A DNA stretch of 63,957 nucleotides, filler included, from Octopus bimaculoides (Eukaryota), in assembly GCF_001194135.2 (NCBI RefSeq). It is 7 parts of 4 records of this genome, joined end to end, with 100 filler letters (N's around TTAATTAATTAA, not from the genome) between each part and the next. Parts side by side here need not be neighbours in the genome. Positions count along the whole stretch, not along the records: positions 16,845 to 40,933 come from NC_068982.1; positions 41,034 to 53,546 come from NC_068982.1; 5 more parts are not named here. The stretch is one strand, 5' to 3'. Positions 37,507 to 51,103 of the stretch are shown in pieces; within the stretch, counting starts at the first letter, position 1, and each line of letters opens with the position of its first letter. Made by a program: the position numbers and the translations under genes. The notes beneath the pieces were generated by a model. It saw only the letters and a program-made list of their open reading frames with translations, had not been told where the DNA came from and searched no databases.

Positions 37507-37687
37507 AATATCACCACAGTAAATATAATTTAGATACCCTAAATTATAATTTTAAATAATTATTACCATTGATGGCTTTTATTCCCATGCTGGCCACTTG
37601 ATAAAATCGATATTTAAATAGCAGTCTTATCTTTATTTAGATAAATTAATTTTTTTATTTCATCAATATATTTACTGCGGTGATATT
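37507..37687. mobile_element. Small MITE-like element with 21-bp inverted ends
   Basis: AATATCACCACAGTAAATATA (37507-37527) versus TATATTTACTGCGGTGATATT (37667-37687), 20/21 match. Confidence 0.45.
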
Positions 37688-38529
37688 GTAGCCCCGTTGC
37701 TGATATTGGGAGTTGCATTCTATGCCTTGACTAGAGAATAGAATGGGTCTTGCCTCTTTGAGCTGGGAAATGAATGGAATACTTGGTGTGTTTCTTGTTG
37801 TGGCTAACCCCTCCTAAAAAAATGGAGAATAGGCCTGGGTATATGTATGTATATATCCAGGAATGTAAGGAATGGTCTTCATTCACCTTTTTAGCAACTT
37901 TAGTTGCTAAACTATGAGTTGTACAGTGACTGCCAGCTTCTCAAAATTTGGTTGGATCAGAACTGTAGTAGAAGACATTTCCCCTAGGCACCATCCAGAG
38001 GGTCTGAAACTGGAACCATGTGGCTGAGAAGCAAAATTCTTACCATATAGCGATGCCCAATCCTATATATACATATTTAAACTTTATGATAAACAAAAAT
38101 ATGAATTATTAAAAGGTCAATTCTCTTCTTTAGCTGTCAAGTTTATACATGTAAATCAATTAGGATCAGATAATAAATGATATGCAATTGTTGTTGTATT
38201 TTTGCTTTTGCAATTTTCCTTTTTTTTTTTTTATGCAAGGGCTTTTGTCATAACAGTTTTGATTAACAGTGTTGTTTGTCATCTTGAGCTGAAGAAAATG
38301 TCACTGAAATATCAGTAGACCACTCCAAGAGAAATATCTTCTAAGTGGATCAAAACAAATCTAACAAAAGTTTATTATTATTGATAATATTATTAATACT
38401 ATTGTTGCAATTATTATTATTATTATTATTGTTGTTGTTGTTGTTGTTGTTATTATTATTATTATTATTATTATTTGTGCTGCTCTCACTCAATAATAAT
38501 AATAATAATGATAATAATAATAATAACAG

Positions 38530-39033
38530 CAGTAATGATTTTAAATTTTTGCCACAAGGGCAGCTTGGGGAAGAGGATTAAGTCAATTACATCAACTCCA
38601 GTGCGTAACTGGTACTTATTTAATCGATTCCGAAAGGATGAAAGGCAAAGTCGACCTTGGTGGAATTTGAACTCAGAACATAAAGACAGACGAAATACTG
38701 CTAAGCATTTTACCCAGCATGCTAATGCTAACGATTCTGCCAGCTCACTGCCTTATAATAATAATAATGGCTTCAAATTTTGGCACAAGACCAGCAGTTT
38801 TGGGCAGTTGACCCCTGTACTCAATCGGTACTTATTTTATCAACGCCAAAAGGATGGGAGGCCAGTCGATTAGATCGACCTCAGTACGCAACTGGTACTT
38901 AATTTATCGACCCTGAAAGGATGAAAGACAAAGTCAACCTCAGCAGAATTTGAACTCAAAACGCAAAGACTGACGAAATACTGCTAAGCATTTCACCCGG
39001 AATGCTAACGACTCTGCCAGCTCGCCGCCTTCC

Positions 39034-39064
<31 letters not shown>

Positions 39065-39530
39065 AATCTTTTCTACTAAAGGCACAAGACCTGAAATTTG
39101 GGTGAGGGGACTAGTTGATTACACCGACCCCAGTGCATAACTGGTACTTAATTTATCAACCCCGAAATGATGAAAGACAAAGTCTACATCAATGGAATTT
39201 GAACTCAAAACATAGCAGAAGACAAAATACTTCTAAGTACTTCACCCTGCATACTAATGATTCAACTAGCTCCCTACCTTATTATTATTAACGATAATAA
39301 TAATTCAATGTAGTCTTAATGCTATAATAATTGTAAAAATAATTAAGGAGCTGAAGGTGACATGCTGGCAGAATCATTAACATACTGGGCAAAATTCTGA
39401 GTTCAAATTCCACCAAGGTCAACTTTACCTTTTGCCTTTTCAGGGTCGATAAGCACTGGGGTTATGCATCTGAGTTATCCCCTTTCCTGAAATTGCTGGC
39501 CTTGTGTCAAAACTTTTGAAACCAATTATT
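38530..39530 (-). mobile_element. Stack of family A SINEs (four minus-strand copies or fragments plus one plus-strand copy at about 39350-39530)
   Basis: Repeated CTGGTACTTAATTTATCGA..AAAGTCGACC..GAATTTGAACTC motifs separated by (AAT)n or (AAG)n. Confidence 0.85.
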
Positions 39531-40890
39531 AAGGAACTGAAAACCAAGAAAGATGCATTAAAGAAAAGGTGAAGTTTGATGTCAGGATGCTGGGCCTCAT
39601 AGAAGAGGTGCTGAAAGACTGATGGTATACTGTGCTGTAGAAGATCCATTCAACCAATGCCTGATGAGAGAGAAAGCTGGTGTTAAATCACTACCAACAA
39701 AATAGAAATGAAATAACAGTAAATAGAGCAATAACAGCAGAAAACAACATTAATATTTATCACAAGAGAAAATAATTACACGGAATTGTAATCATGACTA
39801 CATTAACATTGCTATGGTGTGAATGACAGAAATATTAAGAAGAAAAATGAAATAATTACTCTGAATCACTTTCTATAAGAATAATTATTACTTTGATAAT
39901 TAATAAGTGGATAAATGCCAAAAAATGATCAAAATAAATAGATGGAACTTCTCAAAGTATCAGACTATTGTTTCTCATTGATTTCAATAAAGTGAATACA
40001 GAAGCAAACATCAAAGAATATTCCAGAGTTTCAATGATATTCAAAGACTGCTTTTGACTAAGAATTTTTATTTTATAATTTAATTTTTTTTTTTTCCTAT
40101 AATTAAATCATAATTTTATTTACTATATTGATTAACTTCATTGTTGAAATATTTAGAATATTTGTGGATTATGTTATATTATGTTATATGCAAAGAACTA
40201 ACTTTATTGTTTTTGCATTTTTCATTACAATACAAACTTAATTAAGGAAATGAGCAGCAAATTTTTTGTTTCTTATCTGGAATTTTTGCTTTCACACTAT
40301 AGATTTTTGTAACATTTATCTAAGAAAAGGTCATAACAGTAACTAACAAAACAAACGTGATTGGTCATGCTTTAATCAACCAATTACAACCATTTTCATG
40401 GTATACAATGCTTCAGCTTCCTTGCATCATGTCTGTACCACAAACATGTAAATTCAAAACAAATTTAGTTTGACATTTCTTATATTAAATAACATAGATA
40501 TTGGTTGTCTCACTTTATAATAAACTCCAATGATATTTCTTTCAAAAATCATGTGATCTTTCTACAATATAAAAATCATGCAATCTGTCAATACTTGCCC
40601 CAGACATCTTATTTTGCTTGTATTTATATGGATGGATGAACTTAAACATTTTGCTGTTTTGTTTCCACATCGTTGTCATCATTATTACCACCAACAACAC
40701 CAAAAACACTAGCAATACTATTAACTTCGTTATTATTACAATCATCTTCAGCTGCTTCTTATCTTTGTTTTTGTTTTGCTTTTCTTTTTGCATGAACATG
40801 TCTACAGTATAGCATATTTCCACTTCTTTCAGTTCTATGTAGTATTGTTAATATTCTGAGGTTCAACTTCAAGATCCCATTTGGTATCTT

Positions 40891-40933
<43 letters not shown>

Positions 40934-41033
40934 NNNNNNNNNNNNNNNNNNNNNNNNNNNNNNNNNNNNNNNNNNNNTTAATTAATTAANNNNNNNNNNN
41001 NNNNNNNNNNNNNNNNNNNNNNNNNNNNNNNNN

Positions 41034-41062
41034 TGTATATATGTATGTATGTATTTATATGT

Positions 41063-41094
<32 letters not shown>

Positions 41095-41288
41095 GTATAT
41101 TTATATATGTATATATGTTTGTATATATTTATTTATATGTATATCTATATGTATATATGTATGTATATATGTATATACATATGTATATATATATATATAT
41201 ATGTATTATATATGTATATATATATGTATATATGTGTANNNNNNNNNNATATGTATATATGTGTATGTATATATGTATATATATGTAT

Positions 41289-41320
<32 letters not shown>

Positions 41321-41554
41321 GTATGTATATATGTATATATATATATGTATATCCACATATGTATACATATATATGCAAATATATGCATATATATATACAT
41401 ATATGTTTATATATATATATATGCATATATATGTGTATATATTCATGTATATATATATATGTATATATTTATATATATATGCATATATATGTATATATAT
41501 ATGCATGTATATATATACATATATATGTGCATATATGTGTATATATATATATGC

Positions 41555-41625
<71 letters not shown>

Positions 41626-41810
41626 TATATGTATATATATGTGCATATATATGTATGTATGTGCATATATATACATATATATGTATATATATATATATAT
41701 GCATATATATACATATAGATATGTGTGTGTAAAGATAGATACCTAGCTAGCTACATAGATAGATAGGTAGATAGGTAGATACATACATACATACATACAT
41801 ACATACATGG
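41034..41810. repeat. Long (TA)-rich compound microsatellite
   Basis: TA/TG/ATAG/ATAC runs; all overlapping 190-230 aa Y/I/C/M ORFs are artefacts. Confidence 0.95.
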
Positions 41811-42239
41811 ATAGGTCGATGCAGCTATTCCTGTGTTTGTATGTATGTATATGTGTGTGTGTTTGTATGCACGTATGCATGTATATATGTATGCTTATGC
41901 ATTGCAAGAAAGTAATCTCACGATAAAACCTGAGGCATTTTGCATATTAAAGCGAGCTCATAATCATTTCTTTGAAAATGCACTACGCTTTTCACATTCT
42001 ATGCCATTTGTAACAGGTTGAATATTCGTCAATTGTCATGCATATATTTAGAATTTAGGTTAGGGATATGCATATACAGAGAGAGAGAGAGAAACATGTA
42101 CACACACACACACATGCACACACACACACACACACACATACAGAAATATATATATATTAATATATACACACACCACACATTTATCTACATATACACCAAT
42201 CTGGATCCATATGCATATTCTCTTCTGTTTTTAATTATT

Positions 42240-43575
42240 TAAATCCTTCTCCTGAGGAAGGAGAGGAAGGAGCTGGTTTCTAACAAAGGTACAAAGCTCC
42301 ATCGTTTGAATGTAGATAAAGAAAACAAAGTCACATTTTAAACTTGAGAAATGTCTTGTCTGTTTTTACTCTTTCTCTTACAGATTGTATTTGAAATGAC
42401 AGTTAGTTATTTAGTCACAAATCCATGCGTGCCAATTATTATTGGTATAAATGTGAATTTGAAATCGGGATACAGAAGCTGGAGGTTTCGAAGCAGTTGC
42501 CAATAGTTAACCTCTTTCTCTTTGGTTTTCAAAGTGATATTCACATCAGCAGAGCAGCTGATTTCTATATCAGTACATACTTTTTCTTGCCTATCAAAAA
42601 AAAAAAAAGCAAAAAAAAAGATAATATTCGTTCTGGTGCTGACAGATGTTTCAATAAGAAATGTTCCACTAGTAATCCTTGTGTCGATGCTTGTGTCCAC
42701 ATTCAATAAAAGGAGTATTTTCTATATTTATTCCAAGATGGTCTTTTTTGTGGATGGCGTTGTATATTGTTTTTGCAATGGAGGTAGTATCACATAGGAA
42801 GGTAGTATCTTGATGACATTTTGGGACAGCTGCTATATTATATACGTGATGTCTTCAACATAAATATGACATAATCTACATTTTCGGTTGTATCTTGGAA
42901 CTCCAACAGCTTCACTGTCTCTATTGTTTATTACGCGTTTAGTAGCAATCTCTTGTTCTTGGATTGCAGATGAATAACTTTCGAAGTGTGATGTGATGTA
43001 GCGGTCACTAGTTCAAAAGAGGCTTCACTTCGTGTCAAGTGTCAAGTGTTCGGGAAACATACTCATGTATGGTCTTTTTTTCTTTTTTGGTATGCTGGGC
43101 GTTTCTTTGAGGTATGTCAATCTGATTGTTTGGGGGTTGTATGGAAGGTCATCAAGAAGAGAATGTTTCCTGAGGAACTCTCTGCCAACTCGTAGGATAT
43201 TGTTCTTTTCACTTTTAAGCACTAAGTTACAGTATCTATTTTTTTAAATTTTTTTTTTTACTGTTTTTAGGAAGTGCTGTCTGAGAGAGTCTATACGACG
43301 TCCGAATGCTGTCTGCATTAATCTCAAACCTCCACCTCTTGTTAGGTAGAGCCTGTCGATATCATTGTTTCTATGGAGATTTCCCATTGATGTCAGTATC
43401 TTGCGGGTTTTAACATCTAGGGAGTGGATTTGTTCTACAGACCAGTCAGATATCCCAGATGTTGGAAGCAGTAATGGTACTGCAAATATATTGTGGGATA
43501 CTATCTTGTTGTAAGAGATTTCCAGCTGCCATATTTTTCTAATTCTGGCATATTTTCGGGTCAATCTAACTTTAT
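42240..43575 (-). mobile_element. R4-like non-LTR retrotransposon, 3' 1.3 kb (RT C-terminus, restriction-like endonuclease, 3' UTR)
   Basis: ORF 43244-43564 has W..EQIHSLDVKTRKILT..H...DIDRLYL.RGGG. ORF 42407-42706 has DRQEKVCTDIEISCSADVNI..KEKE.NY.QL..LQLLYP...FIPIIIG (endonuclease end). Frameshifts are present. Confidence 0.8.
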
Positions 43576-44070
43576 TTTTGTAACCACTTCATATATCCGA
43601 CAAAAGGTTGTTCACGGGAGGGAGGGCTGTATGGATGGATGGACGGAAGGAGGGAAGGTTGTATGTATGTATGGATAATGGAGCCACTAATAGCAGGTTT
43701 ACATTTCGTCTGTGAACGAAACCACGTTATAACGACGCTTAATGTAGTAATTTAAGAGCGATAATCATGAGAAAAAATAGTATTTACATTCATGACCATT
43801 TACGAAATTTATTGCTTATTTAAACTTCCTTATGAGGAATTAGCTCGTTATTTTATTAGCGAGCACAAAACAAAGTCAATGACATTTGATTTGCTTCTGC
43901 GTCTATCACATTACATATGTAGTAATTTCATAGTACTTTAAAGTAGTTATTCTTTAAAGTTATTCGGTATTTTTTTCATCTCATTATGTTTTGTAAGTGT
44001 AAAGGACTATCATTACATAATCTTATGATTATTGGAAAAAAAGAGAGAGAGAGAAAGGGAAGCACAGTGT

Positions 44071-44104
<34 letters not shown>

Positions 44105-44249
44105 CAAAAAGGGGGAACCACGGGGACGTGCGACACGCAACCAAATTCGGGTTCAATAGTAGGCTTCATAATCCACTTCTGTATCCAATATAGTAAGACA
44201 GACGTGGGGCTAGAGTGCGGAGTACGAGCTAAATAATAGCATAAAACGT

Positions 44250-44552
44250 GTGGTATTCAAGGAGACTGAAATAGAATCCCCGGCAGAGCTCCTACAGAAA
44301 GTTTGTCTCGTAGGGACAGCAAGGATTATCACATTCTGCATTTGTCGCCGTCGGTGGTGTTGTCTATTCTGCACTTAACATAGTTGGTTCTTAATGCTTG
44401 CGCCTGAGCTGCGCATATGAATGTTTCTGCCTCTATCTTCAGGTCACTCCTTCTCATCCATAGCCACTGATCCTCTGTATCTGTCTTCGCGTTCACATCT
44501 CTTGCAAACTGATCGTACATTTTTTTTACTTTCCACACCTTTTGGGGGTGTT
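44250..44552 (-). mobile_element. R4/Dong-like fragment next to (TAA)n, joined to an inverted piece of the same element type
   Basis: Minus ORF 44329-44538 has QWLWMRRSDLKIEAETFICAAQAQALRTNYVKCRID..KCRM; plus-strand 44270-44330 has IPAELLQKVCLVGTARII. Confidence 0.7.
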
Positions 44553-44555
44553 TAC

Positions 44556-44597
<42 letters not shown>

Positions 44598-44604
44598 GAA
44601 GAAG

Positions 44605-44800
44605 AGGAAGAAGAAGAAGCAGATAGGATCGTTAGCGGCATTTCGTCCGTCTTCATCTTCTAACTTCAAATTCCGCCAAAGTCGACTTTGCCTTCCATCT
44701 TCCGAGGTCGATAAAATAAGTACCTGTCGAGCACTGGAGTCGATGTATTCGTTAAATCCATCTCCCAAAATTTCAGGCTTTGTGCCTATAGTAGAAATGA
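44605..44800 (+). mobile_element. Family A SINE with a degraded head
   Basis: GTTAGCGGCATTTCGTCCG..TTCAAATTCCGCC..GTGCCTATAGTAGAAATG+ATT tail. Confidence 0.75.
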
Positions 44801-45229
44801 TTATTATCATTGATGATGTTGTTGTACTTGTGGTGGTGGTGGTGGTGGTTTTGGCTGTGGTTGTGGAAAAGATGAAGATTGTAGCGGTGGTGTCACCAAC
44901 ACATCGCTCCGATTATCTTGCAAGTTTGTTCGTCTCTATATTCAAATGTCATTAATTGTCGGAAATTTGATATATGACATTTGTTAAGCCAACCAGAATA
45001 CGTAGGGTTCGTTTGCTAATTTTTTGTTTTTCATCCCTTTGAAGCTCAAATTTGCTGAAGTATATTTTTTGTAAACATGCCGCCAGCTGTCACAGTCAGA
45101 AAACTGAAGTAAAAGTTGTAAGGGACTCACAACGACAGGTTCAAGGCTGCTCGTGGAAGACGAGGAGCGCGTTTTTCAAGCACTTATAGTTCAAAGTCAA
45201 AATAATTGTGCCATTGCTATAGCAGCAAA

Positions 45230-45710
45230 CGGCAGTAGTAGAAACAATAACTACAACAACAAGACTAACAAAAGTAACAACAACAGCAGCAGCAATGTTA
45301 GCAAAGACGGCATTCTGCTCACGGGAGAGAAGAACAAGTTCTCATTGTTAAATTTTCAAACTTCAAAACATTGCACCATTGCTATAACGACAAACAAGAG
45401 TAGCAGTAAAAGCAGAAGCAGCAGCACCAGCAACATCAACAACATTGACAAAAATAACACTTTAAGTAGCAATGATAACAAAAGCAACAGCGGCGGCTAC
45501 AGTAGCGGCATCTAGCAGCAGGAACGGCAATAACTGCAACAATGGCATTTAAGACAGCAGTTGCAGTTACAGTAGGGGTAGCAGTAACAACAGTGACACC
45601 AGCAACAACATCAACTGTAACATCAGCAAAAACGATAGCAGCCACGAAAGCAATAATCCTGGCAGAACACAAACAAACAACACCACGAACTGCAACAACA
45701 TTAACAAGTC
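45230..45710. repeat. Degenerate AAC/AGC trinucleotide low-complexity tract
   Basis: Imperfect (AAC)/(AGC)/(AGT) runs that yield N/S/T-rich ORFs. Confidence 0.7.
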
Positions 45711-45829
45711 TTCCTTCGCTGGAGTAGTCTCTACAAGCGAACTATAGTTTCACCTCATCATTCGAGTGGACAAATTCTGAAGACGCTCCCCCACTTAAGG
45801 AAAGTGAGAAGAAAATAGAAGAGCTTATG

Positions 45830-46330
45830 TCTCTTCTGAAACTCTGGTTGCAACTGCCAGAAAAGCTGTTATATATCGCTGTATGTGTTTAACAACCCGT
45901 CGCTTGGAGACGGCCAAGAACATAGACATAAAAAGGATCCTCTACGATGTATGGCAGGACATCCAAAGTATATCTAGGCAAGACAGTTTGGTAGGTTCGA
46001 AGTCTTATTTAAGATTGAAACCCTCGCAGTACAACATTCAGTGGCCATATCAAGGAATTCAATCACTTTCTTACTTTTTTGAGAAGAATGTCAGAACAAA
46101 ATAAGAGTACCATATGTACTACCAGCGCTAGATCTCTGGTAGATATCGGCATGCATAATGTTGAAGGGGAACGAAACTTACTTGATATGAAGAAAATTAA
46201 ACGAGATAACTGGTTTGGGACCCTGATAGTTGCTACTGCACCGAATCAAAGTAGACCTGCGAGAAATAGTGTCTAAGAAGTGGTTTCATTCCTCAGAGCC
46301 CTGGGACTCTCGAATGAAAGCCCCAGGACA
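45830..46330 (+). mobile_element. Degraded RTE-like LINE 3' coding remnant
   Basis: KLLYIAV.., TTRRLETAKNIDIKRILYDVWQD and LLDMKKIKRDNWFG resemble LLYGxExW, RLxAFExxCLRRIL and KRRKLxWFGH. Confidence 0.45.
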
Positions 46331-46814
46331 ATGTGAGTATCACTCAATATAATGAATATATGTTCTCGACGAAAATGTTTTTGGATGTCTTTGAAATTAT
46401 AAATACAATAATTTGAAAGAAAGAACACAGTGCATTTGTAGAGAAAGGGCATTATTGGAACTGGAAGATTCAGTGCTGTGCTGTTTCATTGCAGTGTAAG
46501 AATTCTCAGGCTAGGAACTAATAACATTTATGCTGATTTTTCTAGCAATATATATATATTTGGCTGTTTTAGAATAGATGTCGAGGGAGCAAATGGATTG
46601 AACTGCGACGCTCCTTCACACCATGAATTATGTAATAGGATAAATTCAATTATTCAGTCACTCACTGCAACATCTCTGAAATTCTGTAAAACACAAAGAT
46701 TTATGTGTAAGTAGATGATAAAAGGAGAGATATGACCTTTGTCTCAATGTTTTGGATACCAGAAATACAAATTTAGTACGTTCCTATTTTAGGTAGGTAT
46801 GCTTGAGAAAGAAT

Positions 46815-46886
<72 letters not shown>

Positions 46887-49174
46887 CAGAGGGAGATGGA
46901 TAGACAGACAGACAGACAGAAAAACCACCAGAATGAGATAGAGACTAGGAAACTGCATATGTGCGTCTGTATTTTTGTGCTCTTTGTGTGTTTGTACCCT
47001 ATGTGTGTGTGTGTGTGTGTGTGCTATTTGCGTATGTTGCTAGTATCTGTGTGTGCTCGTTTGAGTACTGCGCACGCACACGGGTGAAGCGAAACGCAGT
47101 GTCTATGACACTTTACATAATCTCCGAGACTGGTAAAAGGAAGGGAGATGGTACTCTAGAGCTGGAGACCTAGATCGAATGCATGTAACTAAGCGGACTT
47201 CTTCGCTAAATGTATCCAAGATGCCAGGTAGATCCGAGCGACACATAAAATCTACAACTCAAAAACGCAACGTTACTAGAAATATTTGGTATGCTTGTGT
47301 ATATGCTAGTTAAAAGATGTTACTTAGTAGCTTATGCTCAAAAAGGCGCAATTATAACATTAGACTGAATATCATTTATACTATAAAAACTGCATGATAC
47401 TAGCCTGCTGACAATTAGTTACATTATCATTATTGCAAGCTGTTTTTAGACAAGGTTTGGAAGAATGGGTAGAGCAGAGGATAAAATCTCTGCTGGATTT
47501 AATAATGCTCCTTTATGTTCTGAGTCAGCTTTGCATTCTAGAGTCGATTAAAAAAAGCGTTGGTCAGATACAGGAGTCGAAGCAATTGACTGCAACTATA
47601 AATGTGCGGCCTTGTACTTGTTAGAAATCTTTACCATCCACTCGTAAAAATGTTCTTTCTACTTTTCATGATTGTCTATATATATCTTCCTAGATGATAT
47701 TTGAAAAATGATTAACCTTTCATAAGTTTATATAATATGTATATATATGGAAACACATTAGTTTCTCATTATATTCGTGAACTGAAAGATATTCTATCTT
47801 TGTAGTTAAACAGAAATAAAGAGCAAATATAACAGCAGCTGAACTGGATGGCGTACAATAGGTCACCTTTAATCTAGACTGAGCGGAGAGTAGTATGGTT
47901 GGAGATAAATAGAATATATATTAGATCATCAATGAAATAAAACATGTTGCAGAGCTAATGGCATAATTCATGAGCGTTAAACAAAGGATGTGATTTCACT
48001 TTCTTATATCCAAGTAACAATATGACTATGAGGGTTTATAAATACTGCATATGTGTATGTGTGCTTGTATAAGAACGTATGTGTTGCAGCATCGATTGTC
48101 TTTATGAAATTTACTTTTTTATTGGCTTTTTCAACTCGAGTACCGTGTGGCAAAATGTGAATTGAAATTACATTCATTTACGTTTTACGATAATATATCT
48201 ACCTTAATACTCTTACAAAGTCAGTTCCTAGCTTTAAAGTTGTTTTCAAATCAACTAAACGGTTTAGTTATAAATAATGCGAAAGCAAATTTCTCCATTG
48301 CTAATCATATATGCCTCTCTAACTGCAATGAATTTTCCAAATTACTTCTATCATTAACAAATCTAAATTTCGTAAAATTCAGATATTAAATAAAATCAGA
48401 TGTTGAACCTCTTGAAAGACTTAAGGAATTTTTCCCTAATACTTATCATGGGACGAAAAAGATTGAGTGGCTCACTGGACGGGTTTAATAATTATCCCTA
48501 AGTTAAAATCATTCTGTATGGAAGTATTTCAGTGGATATACTCACAGATTCTTTCATGATAAATGTATATTCAAAAGAATCATAGGTCACTCTGAAGTTG
48601 ACTTGCACATTTTAACGAGTGGAATTACTTGACATTTGAGCTTTTTCTAAAATCCTTCTCAAGACAGTAGAAACGTTGAACAAAGAAAGTAAAAGAGGTA
48701 ATGTTATGATATACAGGTTTAGGTCCGTTCCCATAGTTAAATTCGTTTTGTCTTTTAATGTTAAGGAACAGCAAAATATTGAAGTTCATTCAATCGATTA
48801 TAGGTTATATATATAACGTTTTCCGTTACAAAAGTTATATTGATAAAGAGAAAAGTCATGTGTATAAGAACTTATGCATATACATCGATATACACGTGTG
48901 TGCATACATGAACATGAATATAGGCGGTGCTTCAGCATGGCTACAGTTCTACGATTAAAACCACTAAAATAAAGAAAAGGATATTCATACACACACACAC
49001 ACACACACACACGTACACACGCGCACGCGCAAAAGAAACCGAAACAGTGCGTTGCCGAAAAATATTGAATCATTTTTCTATTTCATGACCAAATGTTCTT
49101 ACATATAACTCCGCGACATAAAAATAAACATTAATCTATCTCTCCCACTTTCTGTGCGTATGTATACAAACGTG

Positions 49175-49227
<53 letters not shown>

Positions 49228-49979
49228 GAATATGTATACGTGTGTGTGTGTACATATGCACATGCGTAAGCAAAGACATACGCGTAAGGAAGAAGAAATA
49301 TAGATATAGAAAGCAAAATCCAAAGAAGAGCAAGGTTCTGAGTAGCATATAACTTAGCAACAATGCCAATATATATTTACATGCAAATGAGGATGCATCT
49401 CTATGAAAAGGTAAAGAAAAAAAAAGAACCTAAACGGTAAAGTTCTCACCTATTTAAAAATATAACAACAGAAGCCGACTTAGACCTGGTAGAGATAGCA
49501 GCGAAATATCCTTGGGTTTTTTATAGTTCAATTTATACTATTCGTTAGGAAAGGTAAAAGAAATAGAATAATTATGGCGTTTGAACATATGTCTACCCGA
49601 TCAGGGCTGACAAGATGCTAAAAAAAAGCTATAACTAGTTTTCTTCGGATGAATTTGATTGTTAGGCTTAATTTTCCTTCATTTTGGGCGTGTTTTATTC
49701 TTTCACTTCAAATAAGGATTAATGTTTTATTATATGACAGTATGAAGAAATACAAAATATGTAAGATGAAATTTTTTTATGATCGAACGTTGATATAATT
49801 CCTCGCAGATTATAGGATTTAACTGTCGTTCTATTAGCTTTTTCTCTGAAGATAGGTCAGCAATTAATATTAAAAGATACTAACACGTTAATTGTTTTCT
49901 GAATAAAAACAGAATATAGTCATAATTTCCTAAGTCAACCTGACAAACTGGTGTTGTAACATTAACTATATAGAGAGTT

Positions 49980-50210
49980 ACAGCTATGTAATCATAGTTT
50001 AGCTACGTAGCCATATTCATAGGTATGTAGTGGTTGTCGTATGTAGTCGTAGTCATATATATGTAATCATAGACGTAGCTACATAGTCGCAGTTAGAGTT
50101 ATATAGCCGTAGTCATAACAATATAGTTACAGTCATAAGTATATGGTCGCCATTCATAACTATATAGTTGCAGTGACGACTAATTAGCCGTAGTCATTGC
50201 AAATACGTTT
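49980..50210. repeat. Degenerate minisatellite (TAGCCGTAGTCAT-like units)
   Basis: Recurrent TA(G/T)(C/T)CG(T/C)AGTCAT motifs about every 21-24 bp. Confidence 0.5.
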
Positions 50211-50419
50211 CATGCTTCCATGTAGAGGATTTTTTAATGTTTTAACAATTTTAACTTCTTTTATTCTTCAGTGTCAGTACTGTAAAACTAACGCTATCTA
50301 TTAAAAAAAATCAAATATTTCTTTTTATTCTCTACACCAATAGAAAATATATACGTATATGTGTACTTACATATACAGGTACACGCAAACACATTTACTT
50401 GTGTATATTTGTACACACA

Positions 50420-50480
<61 letters not shown>

Positions 50481-50885
50481 NNNNNNNNNNNNNNNNNNNN
50501 NNNNNNNNNNNNNNNNNNNNNNNNNNNNNNNNNNNNNNNNNNNNNNNNNNNNNNNNNNNNNNNNNNNNNNNNNNNNNNNNNNNNNNNNNNNNNNNNNNNN
50601 NNNNNNNNNNNNNNNNNNNNNNNNNNNNNNNNNNNNNNNNNNNNNNNNNNNNNNNNNNNNNNNNNNNNNNNNNNNNNNNNNNNNNNNNNNNNNNNNNNNN
50701 NNNNNNNNNNNNNNNNNNNNNNNNNNNNNNNNNNNNNNNNNNNNNNNNNNNNNNNNNNNNNNNNNNNNNNNNNNNNNNNNNNNNNNNNNNNNNNNNNNNN
50801 NNNNNNNNNNNNNNNNNNNNNNNNNNNNNNNNNNNNNNNNNNNNNNNNNNNNNNNNNNNNNNNNNNNNNNNNNNNNNNNNNNNNN

Positions 50886-50937
<52 letters not shown>

Positions 50938-51103
50938 TATTTATATAGAAGCAGTGATGCGGATAAACAAAAATCAATATAACAGTTTGAGTTTGAAATA
51001 CTATATATATATGAGGATAATTTTATAATTTCGTTAAACCGAAGAATAAAAATAGGACTGCAGATGGAAGTGCTCAGGTAACACTGAGGCGAAAGGAGAA
51101 ATA

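Noticed and set aside
45153-45727. N/S/T-rich ORFs of 60-120 aa
   Set aside because: They are products of a degenerate trinucleotide tract.
48405-48500. Short protein-like plus frame (DVEPLERLKEFFPNTYHGTKKIEW)
   Set aside because: There is no convincing donor site or recognisable homology.
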